A stretch of 64,000 nucleotides of DNA from Dendrobates tinctorius. Lineage: Eukaryota. The notes under the pieces are model-generated. The model searched no databases and was not told the origin of the DNA. It saw only the letters and a list, made by a program, of their open reading frames with translations. Each line of letters begins with the position of its first letter. Within the stretch, counting starts at the first letter, position 1. The stretch is from assembly GCF_039654945.1 (NCBI RefSeq), contig NW_027361770.1:36022001-36086000 (forward strand). The letters are read 5' to 3'. The position numbers and the translations under genes are program-made. This document shows positions 1 to 12,574 of the stretch, piece by piece.

Positions 1-226
1 CTTGTTTTTAGGAACATCCTATAGTGGTTCTTGTGACTTATGTAAGGTATTTTGTTAGGGTTCTCTTGCTTTCATTCACTTTTATGATGTAGATGGTGAT
101 GATGTATCTTCAGTAAAACTGAGTTGCCTATGTACTTTTTTCTTTTAACTTTAATATACATCATTAAAATAAAAGTTGAATTGGAGGGAAACATTTACTT
201 AATTATTGAAAATCTAAAAACAAATT

Positions 227-2310
227 TCAATCAATCAATCAAATTTATTATCGCCAAGTACATATTACATATATACAAGGAATTCTTTGTGGCAAAGAGG
301 CAACATAATATATAACAACAGATACAACAAGTAACATCTAACAAGACAGATACAGTATATAGTCTACACATGACGATTTAATTGTTGAACAGAGAGTGGA
401 TAGAAGCTGTTCATATGGCGGTTGGTGCTGCATTTGGGGACTCTGAAGCGACGTCCTGAAGGGAGTAGTTGGAATGAGGAGTGTCCCGGGTGAGAGGGAT
501 CGGATGAAATTTTCAATGCGTGGGATCGAATACTCTTATCATAAAGATCCTGGATTTTAGGCAGGGGGGAGCCTATAATTCTCTCTGCTGTTCTCAAAGT
601 CCTTTGTAAGCGGAGTTAGTCTGGTATGGGGGAGCCACTGCGCATGACAATCAGAGAGGAACAAATCACAGATCTGATGACAGAATTAAAGAATAAGATC
701 AGCAGATTCTTAGACAAACCATATCTTTTCAGCTGACGCAGGAAGAACATCCTCTGTTGTGCTTTTCTTATAACAGCATCCACGTTTTTCCCCCATTTAA
801 GATCATGAGAGATGATAACACCAAGGAATTTGGTCTCTGTGACCCTAAGAACCACTTCGTCATGGATGTAGATTGGAAGTATCTCATGTTGATCTTTCCT
901 AAAATCCACAACCATCTCAGCAGTTTTTTTAGTGTTGAGTACAAGATTATTGGCTTTACACCAGTCACATACTCTTTCCACCTCACTCCGATACAAGTCT
1001 TCAGCATTTCCCCTGATGAGACCAATCAGTGTCATATCATCGGCAAATTTCAAGATTTTTACTGAGTCTGCTGAAGAGATGCAATCATTCGTATAGAGAG
1101 AAAACAGTAACGGGGACAAAACACACCCCTGAGGTGCCCCGATGTTTGTGACCAAGGTGTCCGAAGTGAATGGTCCAACTTTTACACTCTGTATCCTGGC
1201 TGTCAGGAAGTTATAAATCCACAAGCATAAGTTGAGAGGGACTCCAAGAGCTACCATTTTCTTATGAAGTAAATTCGGATCAATGGTATTGAACGCTGAG
1301 CTAAAGTCCATGAAAAGAATCCGGACATATGAGTGCCGTTCATCTGTATGATCCAAAATGTACTTCAGTGCCAGATGGACAGTGTCGTTTGCCGAACGAT
1401 TCTCCTTATAGGCAAACTGAAGCGGGTCCCATAGCTTCTGCGTGAATTTTATCAGGTGGGACATCATAATTCTTTCGAAGACTTTCATAGCTACAGATGT
1501 GAGTGCTACTGGTCTATAGTCGTTCAACTCAGAGGATCCCACTTTCTTGGGGACAGGGATAATTGTGGAATTTTTCCAACACTGAGGTACAACGCACTCT
1601 TTCAGTGACACATTGTATATATTTGTCAGTATAGGGGCAAGCTGGGTAGCACATACTTTCAGACACATTGGAGATACACCATCAGGGCCAGGTGCCTTTT
1701 TGACCTTAAGTCCCTTCAGGATGCGTATCACCTCTGCCTCGGAGATCACTACTTGGGTGTTGCACAATGAATGATCTTTATATGAACAGACTGAGGAGCT
1801 TAGAGATGAATAGCCACTGTGTGTAGAGCTTGCCTCAAATCTGCAGTAGAATTCATTTAACTCTGCTGCCAGACTTCTGCTGGGGTTCACTATAGTGGGG
1901 TGGCTTTTATAATTGGTGACCTCTCTTAATCCTCTCCATGCAGATCTAGTATCTTTTGATGAGAACCTTTCCTCCAGAATCTTTGCATACTCGTGTTTGG
2001 CTAACTTGATCTCTTTAGATAGCGAGTTCCTAAGTTTCTTGAATTCAGTAATATCGCCTGCTTTATAAGCCTCCTCTTTTCTCTTACGGATCAACCTGAC
2101 TTTATTTGTAAACCACGGCTTGTTGTTTCCCCGAAAGTGGACAGATTTGGATGGAATAAACGTGTCTTCACAAAAACGGATATATGAGGACACTGCATCA
2201 ACCCATTCATCCAGACCCGAGCATGTTTCCTGGAATACCTCCCAGTCCGTGCATTCAAAGCATGCTTGCAGTTGCAATTTTGCCTCCTCAGACCATGTCT
2301 TCTTTGTATA
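227..2310 (-). mobile_element. Rex1/Babar-clade non-LTR retrotransposon, 5'-truncated, with RT ORF and one late frameshift
   Basis: ORF 616..2277(-) has LINE RT motifs (KAPGPDG, YRPVALTS, DFSSAFNTI, GAPQGCVLSPLLF, FADD) and the Rex1-type N-terminal 'CFECTDW'. ORF 364..597(-) continues it (AERIIG...DPSHPGH...LLPSGRR). On the minus strand AATAAA is followed by a (TTGA)n tail at about 227-250. Confidence 0.9.
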
Positions 2311-2457
2311 AACTGCGTAATGAAAATCTTGGTAATAGTTTAATAGTTTAGTTTTAACAGTTTCTACACAATGAATTTTCCACTTAATGTACTGGTATTT
2401 GGATTATAGAGATTGTAAGCACTAAAAAAAAAAAAAAAGGAAAAGTCTTCACTTTTA

Positions 2458-2867
2458 GGCTAGTTTCACACTAGCCTATGGCAGATCTGCGGAGGGATGT
2501 GGACTTCTTCCGTGAAGCTCCACCCACGGCTGCACCTCCTCCGGTCAGGTCCGCCTACTTCGGCATGCGGCCTGCGTACCCCATCTTTAACATTAGGTAT
2601 GCAGGCCATGCCGATGTATGCGGATGCCTTCGCATGCGTTGTTTTGACGGTGTGGCGACCGCAAACAAAATGCAACTCGATGCGTTCGTTGCACCGTCAA
2701 AACGACGCATGCAGAGGCATCCACATACATTGGCATGGCCTGCGTACCTAATGTTAAAGATGGGGTACGCAGGCCGCATGCCGACGGAGGTGTGGCCGTG
2801 GGCGGAGCTTCACAGAGGAAGTCCACATCCCTCCGCAGCTCTGCAATACGCTAGTGTGAAACTAGCC
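2458..2867. mobile_element. PIF/Harbinger-type MITE, almost entirely palindromic
   Basis: TIRs GGCTAGTTTCACACTAGC/GCTAGTGTGAAACTAGCC, a TTA TSD on both sides, and an interior that is a ~400-bp inverted repeat. Confidence 0.9.
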
Positions 2868-5097
2868 TTAGCCTTCACACAGCCAATCCCAGTTGATTTG
2901 AAAAAGAATATTGTCTGGGAGCTTTTTAGTCTGTTAGAAATGATTCTGAGAATTTTTTTTCCGCCGTGACACACTGCACTAAATAGAGGACATGTCCGCA
3001 GATGAGCATTTTAAACTGGCCACATCATGGAATAGTTCTCGAGCAGAACAGAAATGCATTTTAGAAATGTGCACACCTGAGTATTAAGTTAATATTTTTG
3101 ATAAAAAAACAAGTGACATAAAACCATTTAAAATCACAGAAATAAACTCCATTTCCACGTAGTATGGCAATACTAAGTTAATATGTACAATACAGATGAT
3201 TCTAGACCATATATTAATATACCCAAAAGGACATATGCCAGCCACAAGAATCAAGTGATGTGGCTGAATGTACCACTTTTATATATGACCAAATATGTCT
3301 AAAATCTACACCAAATAACAATCACTGGTTGTCAAATTAGCGTATTCAATCGTGTATTATAAAACAGCCTGCAAACTTGGGGTAAACTGAAATGAGAAGT
3401 AGTTACTCTAGCGGTCTTTGCAAAATAGAAAGATAGTCTCAATATGCTATAACCCCAAGAAAGGTTCACATCAGTCCCTTAACGTACTCCAAACTTAGTC
3501 AATATAGAACAAGTGTAGTAAAAGGGCAGCACATGGTGGGGCCTTATAAAGCCCATGTAGAAACTATCTGTGTCAATTGAGTGAGGTAAATGGCATAATA
3601 GAAAACTATCACCCCCCCAGCATGGTGGAAACATTGACCATGGATAATGAGCAGAAAGAGTATGCAACATCCCTCGCTTATTATTGTTGCCTACAGCTTC
3701 ATCAGGAAAATTGAGGCAAGCGCCAACTTATGGTGCTTAAATACACCCTCGTTAATTAAAACAAACAATGGTGGTGAGCATACATGAATATAGGAGGAGC
3801 TCCTGGAATTTGAGTCCTCAGCCAAGCTGCACACCAACCTCAAGTACATAAGAATGACAACATCCCTGCGATTAAACCTGCCAACAGGAAGTGCCTAGAG
3901 TAACTGCATCATCCCTACAGTATGTGATCAGGGACGTGTCCCCACAACTGGCTGCCAGGGAGGCAGGGGCTATCAGCGAATGCGTACCACGAACAGACAG
4001 CAGCGCAGTCGCCAGAGCATTGAAGGCCATCCATAGCAGACATCAAAACTTCAGCAAAAAAGAACCCAAATATAAGGAAAAGACAGTGTCGATTGATATC
4101 AGTAGTGCTTGCGCATGCCTGCAAATTAGATAGTGATAGAAAGCATAAGAATCAAAGATGGATGTCTCTATCTACATAAAAAGCTCCATTAAAGAGCAAA
4201 ACAATATCTCAGGATGCTGTGTGGCCCAGAGTCCCCAGGATTGAAAATTACATCATATAAGGTCAATGTCACATGGGTCGTACCATATCAGATGTTATAC
4301 TTTAGGGGGATTTGCACGTCTGCAATCAAGAGGCATCCAATTGCATGAGAACTTATTGTGAAGGGTCATAGAGGTTCAAGACCCATCCTATAATGGGCAA
4401 ACCTAAGTGCTGGTTGATGTCAGATGCCACTGTCGATTGATAGGAGCATCTGCTGTCAATGAGCAACACAGTGTCCCATAATCCATCACATAAACTCAAA
4501 GTGCAGTTTGTAGAGGCTGTAGTCGTATGCTATATTGTCAGACAACAGCGATGTTGGACCACAACTGCCACCCCTCAGGGTGCATATGATGCCTGCAATG
4601 CACCATACATGCAGAGAGGGAGACAGGCGCATATAATCAAAGTGTCCCAAAGATGTGGTATCTACAAGGATGGCAAGCCAGGCCCATATACGACCTGAGC
4701 GACCTATGTACATATCAGTCCCATTCTCCCCACCTGAGATACATCAATATATAACTAAAGGAACATATTGAGAGCATATGAGCCATGTACCATGTCAAAG
4801 CAGTCCATACTCCTGAAAAGGAGATTTGAGAATTGGAAATGTTATATAACCAATGATTGAAGAATGCTCCTCAAGGGAAGTCACAAAGTCCAATAACATT
4901 AGAGGTCCAGAATGGATTGATCCAAGGAATTTCAGGAGGATCCTCATAGAAGCTTGTATGGGACATGGCAAGGTTAGAAACACAGAGCTAAAAAGTCTAA
5001 ATAAAAAGACCATAATTAGATCTCATAAAAACTTCGCCCTTGCTGTCTCACACCTAGGCCCACTAAGTGTATAGGCCAAGTCGGCATTGGCCCCCCT

Positions 5098-5752
5098 CAG
5101 CCCAAAAAGCCGGTGTACAGCAGTTCCTCATTGAGGTCAGAGGGTGGCAGAGTGCAGATGGATCTTTAACCTTGGATCATTATCTGTAAAAGTCTTACGA
5201 CATTCACCACCCCTAATGTTGGTGTTCAGCTTTTGCAGCCCAACGACCTTTATATTATTGGGCTTACCTTGATGGTATTGCAGAAAATGTGCAGCTACTG
5301 AAGTCAATGTTTTCCCTTTAGATGGTCCGTGCATGCCAAATTAATGGTGATGTGCTTATGTGTTCTTTTCCTGAGTTCTTTCAATGTCTGACCGACATAG
5401 TCCTTATTGCAACACATATAATGGAATAGATCAAATTTTTGGTCTTGCAATTAACTTAAGCTTTTATATTAAACTTTGGATTCGGTGGGGTTGATGAAAG
5501 AATCTCTGGGGGAGGCATAAAGGGATAGATATTACACTCACCACACTGAAAGGAGCCCCTTAGACATTAAATAGGGGTATTTCCCTAAGTTGATCTACAG
5601 AAATAGCTCACAGTGAGGTGGTCACCCAGATTTTGGGCCCTTTAGCTAAGAGACAACATTTTCCGACAGCAGACTGAGTATGTGTATCAATCTCGAGAAT
5701 GGCCCAATGAATGTCCCATAGAATCCCCCTTCACCTTACCCAATTGATTGTT
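5098..5752 (-). pseudogene. Penelope-like element, GIY-YIG endonuclease/linker remnant (3' part of ORF)
   Basis: Minus-strand translation gives HW..L, NLGDHL, CGEC, DYVGQTLKELRKR, SVAAHF...IKVVGL...RGG and TLPPSDLNEELL*, as expected for a PLE C-terminus. Frameshifted. Confidence 0.8.
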
Positions 5753-5898
5753 TAAGATATATTGAAAACCAACACACCAGGTAATATGTTTAAAAAAAAT
5801 GAGTAGATAAAAGCACCACAGAAAAGACTTGTATTTATAGCAGCAAAAATGTGTATAGCAGCATTGATATCTAAGAGGACCACAGAAAGACTGACTTT

Positions 5899-6229
5899 GG
5901 GTATGTGCACACGTTGCGGATTGCTGTGCAGAATTTTCTGCTCGGAATTTGTTTGTTTTTTGGGTGGCAGAACCCGCAGGTCAAAATCCGCACGGTTTTT
6001 ATGCGGATTTCCTGCAGATTTGGCATGCGTTTTTACACCTGCGGATTCCTATAATGGAATGGGCATAAAAACGCTGCGGAATTCGCACAAAGAATTGACA
6101 TGCTGTGGGGAAAAAAAATGCTGCTTTTCCGCAGCATGTGCACAGCGTTTTTTTTCCCCCCCATAGAATAACATTGTACTGTAAATCACTTGCTGATCTG
6201 CAGCAAATCCGCAACCTTTGCACATACCC
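5899..6229. mobile_element. Harbinger-type MITE
   Basis: TIRs GGGTATGTGCA/TGCACATACCC; the MITE is absent from the opposite arm of the host palindrome. Confidence 0.8.
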
Positions 6230-6250
6230 TTACACTTGCAGTAAGACAGT

Positions 6251-9200
6251 TGTACTAGTCTGCTTTCTTTGGCTGCGGTTGAGGTAGGCACAGGAAACAG
6301 TATTATTGAAATGTCCAAGTTTATTAAAACTGCATAAACCGCTTTGGATAGCCAAAACAAACGAACAGCCTTTTCCGGCACAAAGTGAAAAGCAAACGGA
6401 AAGATAGTCCATATAGTACTGCGGGTCCACCTGCTCAGGTCTTTAGCGGGCGCACACACACACTGAAGGTCTCCGCACCTCCAGCCACAGACACTGAATG
6501 AGGTATTTGGCCTCCATTTTATTAGCCAAACCACGCCCCTGGGGTTGGGATTTGTGAGCGGTCATTCCCACCCATCTCTTATGACCGCTTGTAAAGCCCG
6601 GCCCTGGAATGGTCAAATAACTCTCAGCACTATACGTGCTGGAGCATACTTCCGAGCTCACATCACCACAGCTAATAGCCGCGGTGATACATATCTTCCT
6701 TCAAGGACTCGTCTAGTAGCCATCTTACCCTGCCTAAAGCCGGGGGGGCTTGGCACCTTCTGCCAACAGTGGGCTCTTGACAGAGCGTCAGCATTGCCAT
6801 GAAGTTTCCCTGGCCTATTTTCCACATGGAAGATAATATCCTGAAGTGCTAGGAACCACCTGGTCACTCGGGCATTGTTCCCTTTTTTTTTTGTCCCTCA
6901 TCCAATTCAGTGGTGCATGGTGTGACACCAGCCTAAACTTCCTGCCCAAGAGGTAGTACCTCAGAGAGTCCAATTCCCACTTGATAGCTAAACATTCCTT
7001 CTCCACTATGGAGTAATTTTTCTTGCAGGTAGACAACTTCTGGCTAAGATACAACACGTTATGGGGTGCTCTTCCCCGATCACCTCTTGAGACAAGACAG
7101 CGCCCAGCCCAATATCTGATACTCCTTGGAGAAATCGGCTGCTACCAGCACCGGCTGTTTGACAGGGCCAGCTTCAGTTCCTGGAAGGCCGTCTCAGCTT
7201 CTGGAGACCACTTAGCCATACCTGACTTCATGCTGAAGATTACAATATCATCCAGATAGGCCACTGCATACCTCTTGTGGGGAGCTAGAACCTGGTCCAT
7301 GGCTCTCTGGAACGTTGTTGGAGCGCCTTGTAACCCAAACGGCATCCTTGTGTACTGGAAGCATCCATCTGGTGTTGAGAACGCAGTCTTCTCTTTGGCG
7401 CCCTGGGACATGGGGATTTGCCAATACCCTTTTGTGAGATCAAAGTTAGTAATGTACTGAGCTGGCCCTAGTCTCAGTTCATCGACCCCGGGGCATCGGG
7501 TAGGCATCGGTCTTTAGAAACCTCGTTCAGCTTCTGATAGTCATTGCAAAATTGACATTCCCCATCTGAATTTGGCACTAGGAATATTGGGCTTGAACAG
7601 CCACTCTTGGATTCCTGGATGACTCCCAGGCTCAACATATGCTTCACCTTGGAGATCACCTCTCGGTGTGCTTTGGAAATTTGGTATGGCTTCAAGTTGT
7701 CCCGGACATGAGGGTCCTTCAGGACGTCATGCTGTATGACCTTCGTACAACTCAGAAGATCTGAGAACAGGTCTCTGTTAGGGCAGTTTCACACGTCAGG
7801 GTCTCCGGTACGTGTAGTGACACTTTTCTCACGTACCAGAGACACTGACACGTAGACACATTCTCATGAATGTGTCTATGCAGATGTCAGCGTGTTTTCA
7901 CGGACCGTGTGTCCGTGTGCAAAACACGCTGACATGTCCGTTTTTGTGCAACAGCACGGATCACACGGTCCCATACAAGTCAATGGGTCCGTGTAAACCC
8001 GTACCGCACACGGATGCTATCCGAGTGCGTTTTTAAAAGTCAAAGGGTTAACATTAAAAATAAATTTTCAAAGACACGGACATACGGATAGCACACGGAT
8101 GACCTCTGTATGCACACGGACACGGATAGCTCCGGTACTGGTTTTTCCAGTACCGGAATTATCTGGACATGTGAAACTGCCCTTATGCTGTAGCAATTCT
8201 CAGCACTGCTACTTCAGCGAGCGAGACAAGGTGTCTGCCACCTTAACATCCTCCATACCGACATCGGACTTGGTCATAAGACAAGGAGCTTCCACGGGTT
8301 CTCTGTCCTGCCACGGTTTGATCAGGTTCACGTGGTTCACCTGGTAGAGCTTCCGCTTTCCCGGGTTGGAGTTTGTAGTTGACCTCACCAACTTTCTCCA
8401 CTACCTCATAGGGACCCTGCCACTTGGCCAGGAATTTGGTCTCAACCGTGGGCACCAGCACAAGTACTCGATTGCCTGGTTTGAACTTTTACCCTGGCAG
8501 ACCTATTATACACCTTGAACTGGGCTTCCTGAGCCTTGAGGAGGTGGTCCTTCACAATGGGCATCACGGCATGTTGGGTGACATTTTTCAACGATTCTAT
8601 AGGCGTGGTTTCAGCCTCCCAGTATTCCTTCACCACATCCAGGAACCCTCGAGGCTGTCATCCATATGGCAGTTCAAATGGGGAGAAGCCAGTGGAAGCT
8701 TGGGGAACTTCCCTGATGGAGAACAGCAGGTTAGGAAGCAGACAGTCCTAGTCTCGGCCGTTCTTTTCCACTGCTTTCTTCAGCATAGTCTTCAAGGTTT
8801 TGTTAAACCACTCCATCAGCCCTTCAGTCTGGGGATGGTACACTGAGGTTCTGAGTTGGGAAATTTAAAGGGTCTTGTACAACTCCCTAATGACCTTCGA
8901 CATGAAGGGGGTCCCTAAGTCTGTCAGTATCTCGGCAGCCTGGCTCGGGAGAAGATATGGATCAGCTCCTTAGAGATACATTTAGCAGAGGCATTTCTTA
9001 AGGGTACAGCCTCTGGGTACCGGGTAGCATATTCCAGGACCACCAGTATGTATTGATGTTCTCTTGCAGACTTAACCAGGTGTCCTACCAGGTCCATCGC
9101 TATTTGCTCGAAGGGGACCTCGATGACTGGCAACAGTACCAGAGGACTGCGGAAGTGGGTCACAGGGAAGGTCAGCTGGCACGTGGGGCAGGAACGACAG

Positions 9201-11495
9201 TAGTTCAGGATTGCTCTGTAACACCCAGGCCAGTAGAATCTGCAGAATCTCTGCAGAATGCGCTCCTGGGTCTTATCTGCCCCCAGGTGACAACCCATCA
9301 CATGGGAATGAGCCATGTCTAACACCATGCATCTATATGGCCCTGGCACCAGTAACTGCTCTATCACCTCATCCCTTGACTTGGTTACTCTATAAAGCAG
9401 ATCCCCAATTATAACAAAATGAGGGAACCGATTGTGGGCCCCCGGCTTCTGAGGTACACCATTTAATACAGTAACATTTTCAATTGCCGCTTTGTGTTAG
9501 GTCCCTGAATTGAGCGGTTCCAAAGTTTCCCCCGAACACCTCCAGCTCAGGGACGTTGGCCTCGGTGGATGCTGCCTCAACCACATTGCCAACAAGTTCA
9601 CAAAATAGAAACCTGTCATCCACAGCCTGCGACGAGGTTTCTTTGGTAGCAACCTGGCTGTTGTCCGGACAACCAGACGTCCTCCTATTTCCCAAAATAA
9701 TACAAAGTTTTCACGCCCTATTATAACAGGGTGCAATAGGTCCTTGAGCACGCCGACCTCATGGGACTCTGCCACAGTTTGTGTCGATGACCACTTGGGC
9801 CACAGGATAGTCCTTGGTGTCGCCATGGATACAGCAAGCGCCCACACTTTTTCGAGAAATCAACTCACTAGGGTTACCAAACTCCCTGAGTCCAGCAAAC
9901 CAGTCACTTGCACCCCATTTACTGTTACGGGACATTCTTGTGGCCCCTCTCCTTTTTGAGGGACAGCACTGCAGGCAGGCTATGCAAAATACGAGCAACG
10001 CTGTCCTGTGCTACAGTCCATTGGCTCGGTGGTCATGGGACAACGGGCAGCTATGTGGCCAGGGGTATGAAACCTCCAACAAATTACACTATGGGGAGGG
10101 ACCTTGGTCACTAACTCTGGTGCTCTTGGTTGCCCCCTAGGTGTGGCTCTTCTAGCTCCCCTCTTTTGGGTGTCTTTGGAACCCTAGTATGGGGAAGCTA
10201 CAACCCCTTGCTTCCCCACAGAACTCTCGACCGCCTGGTACCTCTCCACCAGGTTCACTAGGTCATCAGCATTACAGGAATCTCCCTGGGCAACCCAGGA
10301 TTGCACCTGCCTCAGTAGGGAGTGTATTAACCTGTCTATAATGACTCTCTCCAGAATCTGTGCTGGGGAGAAAGATTCAGGTTGCAAACATTTTTGGACT
10401 AGGTGTAGGAGGTCAAACATTTGGGGCCGGGCAGGTTTGTCACTGCGATAGGCCCACTGGTGCACCTGTTGTGCCCTGACAGAGTCACTCCTAAGCGTGC
10501 CAATATCTCAGCTTTCAATTTGGCATACTCTTTAGCATCCTACAAGGCCAGGACATAATAGGCCTTCTGCGGTTCACCTGTTAAATATGGCGTCAGGAGC
10601 TCCGCCCACTGCTCCGGAGGAAATTTCTACTGTTCCGCCACCCTCTCAACTGCCAGGAAGGCCTCAACGTCATCCCCGGGGTCATCTTTTGCGACGCTCT
10701 TCTTACCGTCTTTCTGGCGAATGAGTAGTCACCTGGAGCTAGGGAGGAGACTGCCGGCCTCCCACGAACAGCCTCTGCGAGGAGTTCCATCTACCGCGTT
10801 AGTGCCTTTTTCTGCTGCTGCCTCTGTTGTTGCTGCTGGTGTTGTAAGCTGCTGTGTCAACAGCTTATTCGTTTCTTGCTGGGCCAATTGCTGCTGTTGA
10901 CTTTACAAGCTCCTCCATGCTGTCAGATTTCCCTCTTGCAACCGCTTTCACCCAGGACATGCGGTATTGGCGGTCACACTGCCTCTTGGGATTCTTGCCT
11001 GTGCTTCTAGCACCAATTTGTAGGAGTCTGTAATCACGCGGTTGAGGTAGGCACAGGAAGCGGTGTTGTTGAAATGTGCAAGCAAGATTGTTAAAACTGC
11101 ATAAACCTCTCTTGATAGCCAAAACAAACGAACAGCCTTTTCCGTTGAAAAGTAAACAGAAAAATAAATAGTCCTTATAGTACTGCGGGTCCACCCGTTC
11201 AGGTCAGTGTTTTTAGCATGCACACTCTGAAGGTCTCCTCACCTCCAGCCACAGACACTGAATGAGACATTTGGCCTCCATTTTATTAGCCAAACCATGC
11301 CCCTGGGGTTGGGATATGTGAGCGGTTATTCCCACCCATCTCTTATGACCGCTCGTAAAACCCAGCCCTGGAATGGCCTGATAACTCTCTCAGCACTATA
11401 TGTGCTGGAGCATACTTCCGTGCTCACATCACTGCAGCTAATAGCCGCGATGACACATTTCTCCCCTCAAGGACTCGTCCGGCGGCCATCTTACA
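6251..11495 (-). mobile_element. Degenerate Gmr1-clade gypsy LTR retrotransposon (SCAN-Gag, PR, IN, RT, RH)
   Basis: Diverged LTRs at 6251-~6728 and 11019-11495, 4-bp TSD CAGT, PBS-like TGGTGCTAGAAGC next to the 5' LTR. ORF fragments: Gag/SCAN (10184..10465), LLDSGS protease (~9890), integrase (8924..9367, GPY at 8243..8461), RT YLDD (7142..7507) and RNase H (6815..7057). Integrase lies upstream of RT. Many frameshifts and an RT deletion. Confidence 0.9.
7781..8182. mobile_element. Harbinger-type MITE inserted in gypsy pol
   Basis: TIRs GGGCAGTTTCACA/TGTGAAACTGCCC with TTA TSD on both sides. Confidence 0.85.
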
Positions 11496-12450
11496 CAGTA
11501 ATAATAAAGACTAAAAAACGTAATAGTGTGACTAGGATGGAGTGACTAAAATAGAGCAATCATATAAATTACAAAAAATCAAATTAATAAATCACAAATA
11601 AAACACTTATATAAACAAAAAAAATGACACAAGGTGGAAGTGCAAGGTGAAGAAAAAGATGTAATCCATTGTGACCAAATTAACTCTTTGGCTACATACA
11701 ACTTTTGGTTAGTTCTGCATTCATGTTTTTTCTTCAACTTGCAGTTGCACCTTTGAGTGTTATTACATTTTTTGTTTTATATACGTGTTTTATTTATTTT
11801 CGTGATTTATTATATTTGTGTTTTCTCTGTTACACATGTGATTGATTGTCTTTTCAGAATTGTTTGACACTTTGTTAATTATGATTGTTCTATTTTAGTC
11901 ATTCCATCATAGACGCACTATTACTTTTTTCAGTCATTATTATTACTGTGTTACCGCAAGTGTAAGTCAGTCTTTCTGTGGTCCTTTTAGCTATCAATGC
12001 TGCTATACACATTTTTGCTGCTATAAGTACAAGACAGTCATTTCTGTGGTCCTTTTATATACTCATTTTTTCTGCTATATTTGCATTTTATTTATTTTTT
12101 TTTTTTTAAATATTTTACCTCGTGTGTTGGTTTTCAATATATTTTAAATATTTTAATATCTATACAATCATGTTTTACTGTTCGTGCTGGTACCTCTTTT
12201 GTTTGTAGTGCTATATCTTATTACCCTCGCTAATAGTTATTTTAGCCTTAATGTTATTGTTCTATTTTCTTTGACCATACATTCAAGCTTTTTCTTTGCA
12301 TCTGCACTAATTTCCGAATGGTCTGCCATTCTTCTTCATACAGCCGATATTTATCACTCACTGCGTATAGGATTTACCATACCATCTTCTATGACTAAGT
12401 GATAAACATCTATTGCTGTGTTCACTACTTGTTTAAACCAATTGATTGTT

Positions 12451-12569
12451 GTAGTCTGTAATAATACGGATATGTTCTTCATCCTCCCAATCCCTCGACG
12501 ACTTCTCCCGTTGAAAAGCGGAGGACACAATCTTCCTTAGGTACTCACGCTGTTTAAATCAATCCATCA
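12451..12569 (-). pseudogene. Upstream continuation of the same Penelope ORF
   Basis: Minus strand reads FKQREYLRKIVSSAFQR...IRIITDYNNQL. This joins the 5752 fragment once the insert flanked by the 13-bp duplication CCAATTGATTGTT (5740-5752, 12438-12450) is removed. Confidence 0.7.
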
Positions 12570-12574
12570 GGGGC

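Larger units (their letters stand above)
5753..12437. mobile_element. AT-rich palindromic insertion with 13-bp TSD, itself interrupted by a MITE and a gypsy element
   Basis: 5756-5898 + 6230-6250 + 11496-11690 is the reverse complement of about 11690-12145. The insert is flanked by the direct repeat CCAATTGATTGTT. Confidence 0.7.

Noticed and set aside
3000-5097. Short ORFs in unassigned sequence
   Set aside because: No recognisable motifs. It is possibly the Penelope 3' region, but this is unsupported.
12388-12415. Possible degenerate hammerhead at the end of the palindromic insert
   Set aside because: The core and helix II are not recoverable.
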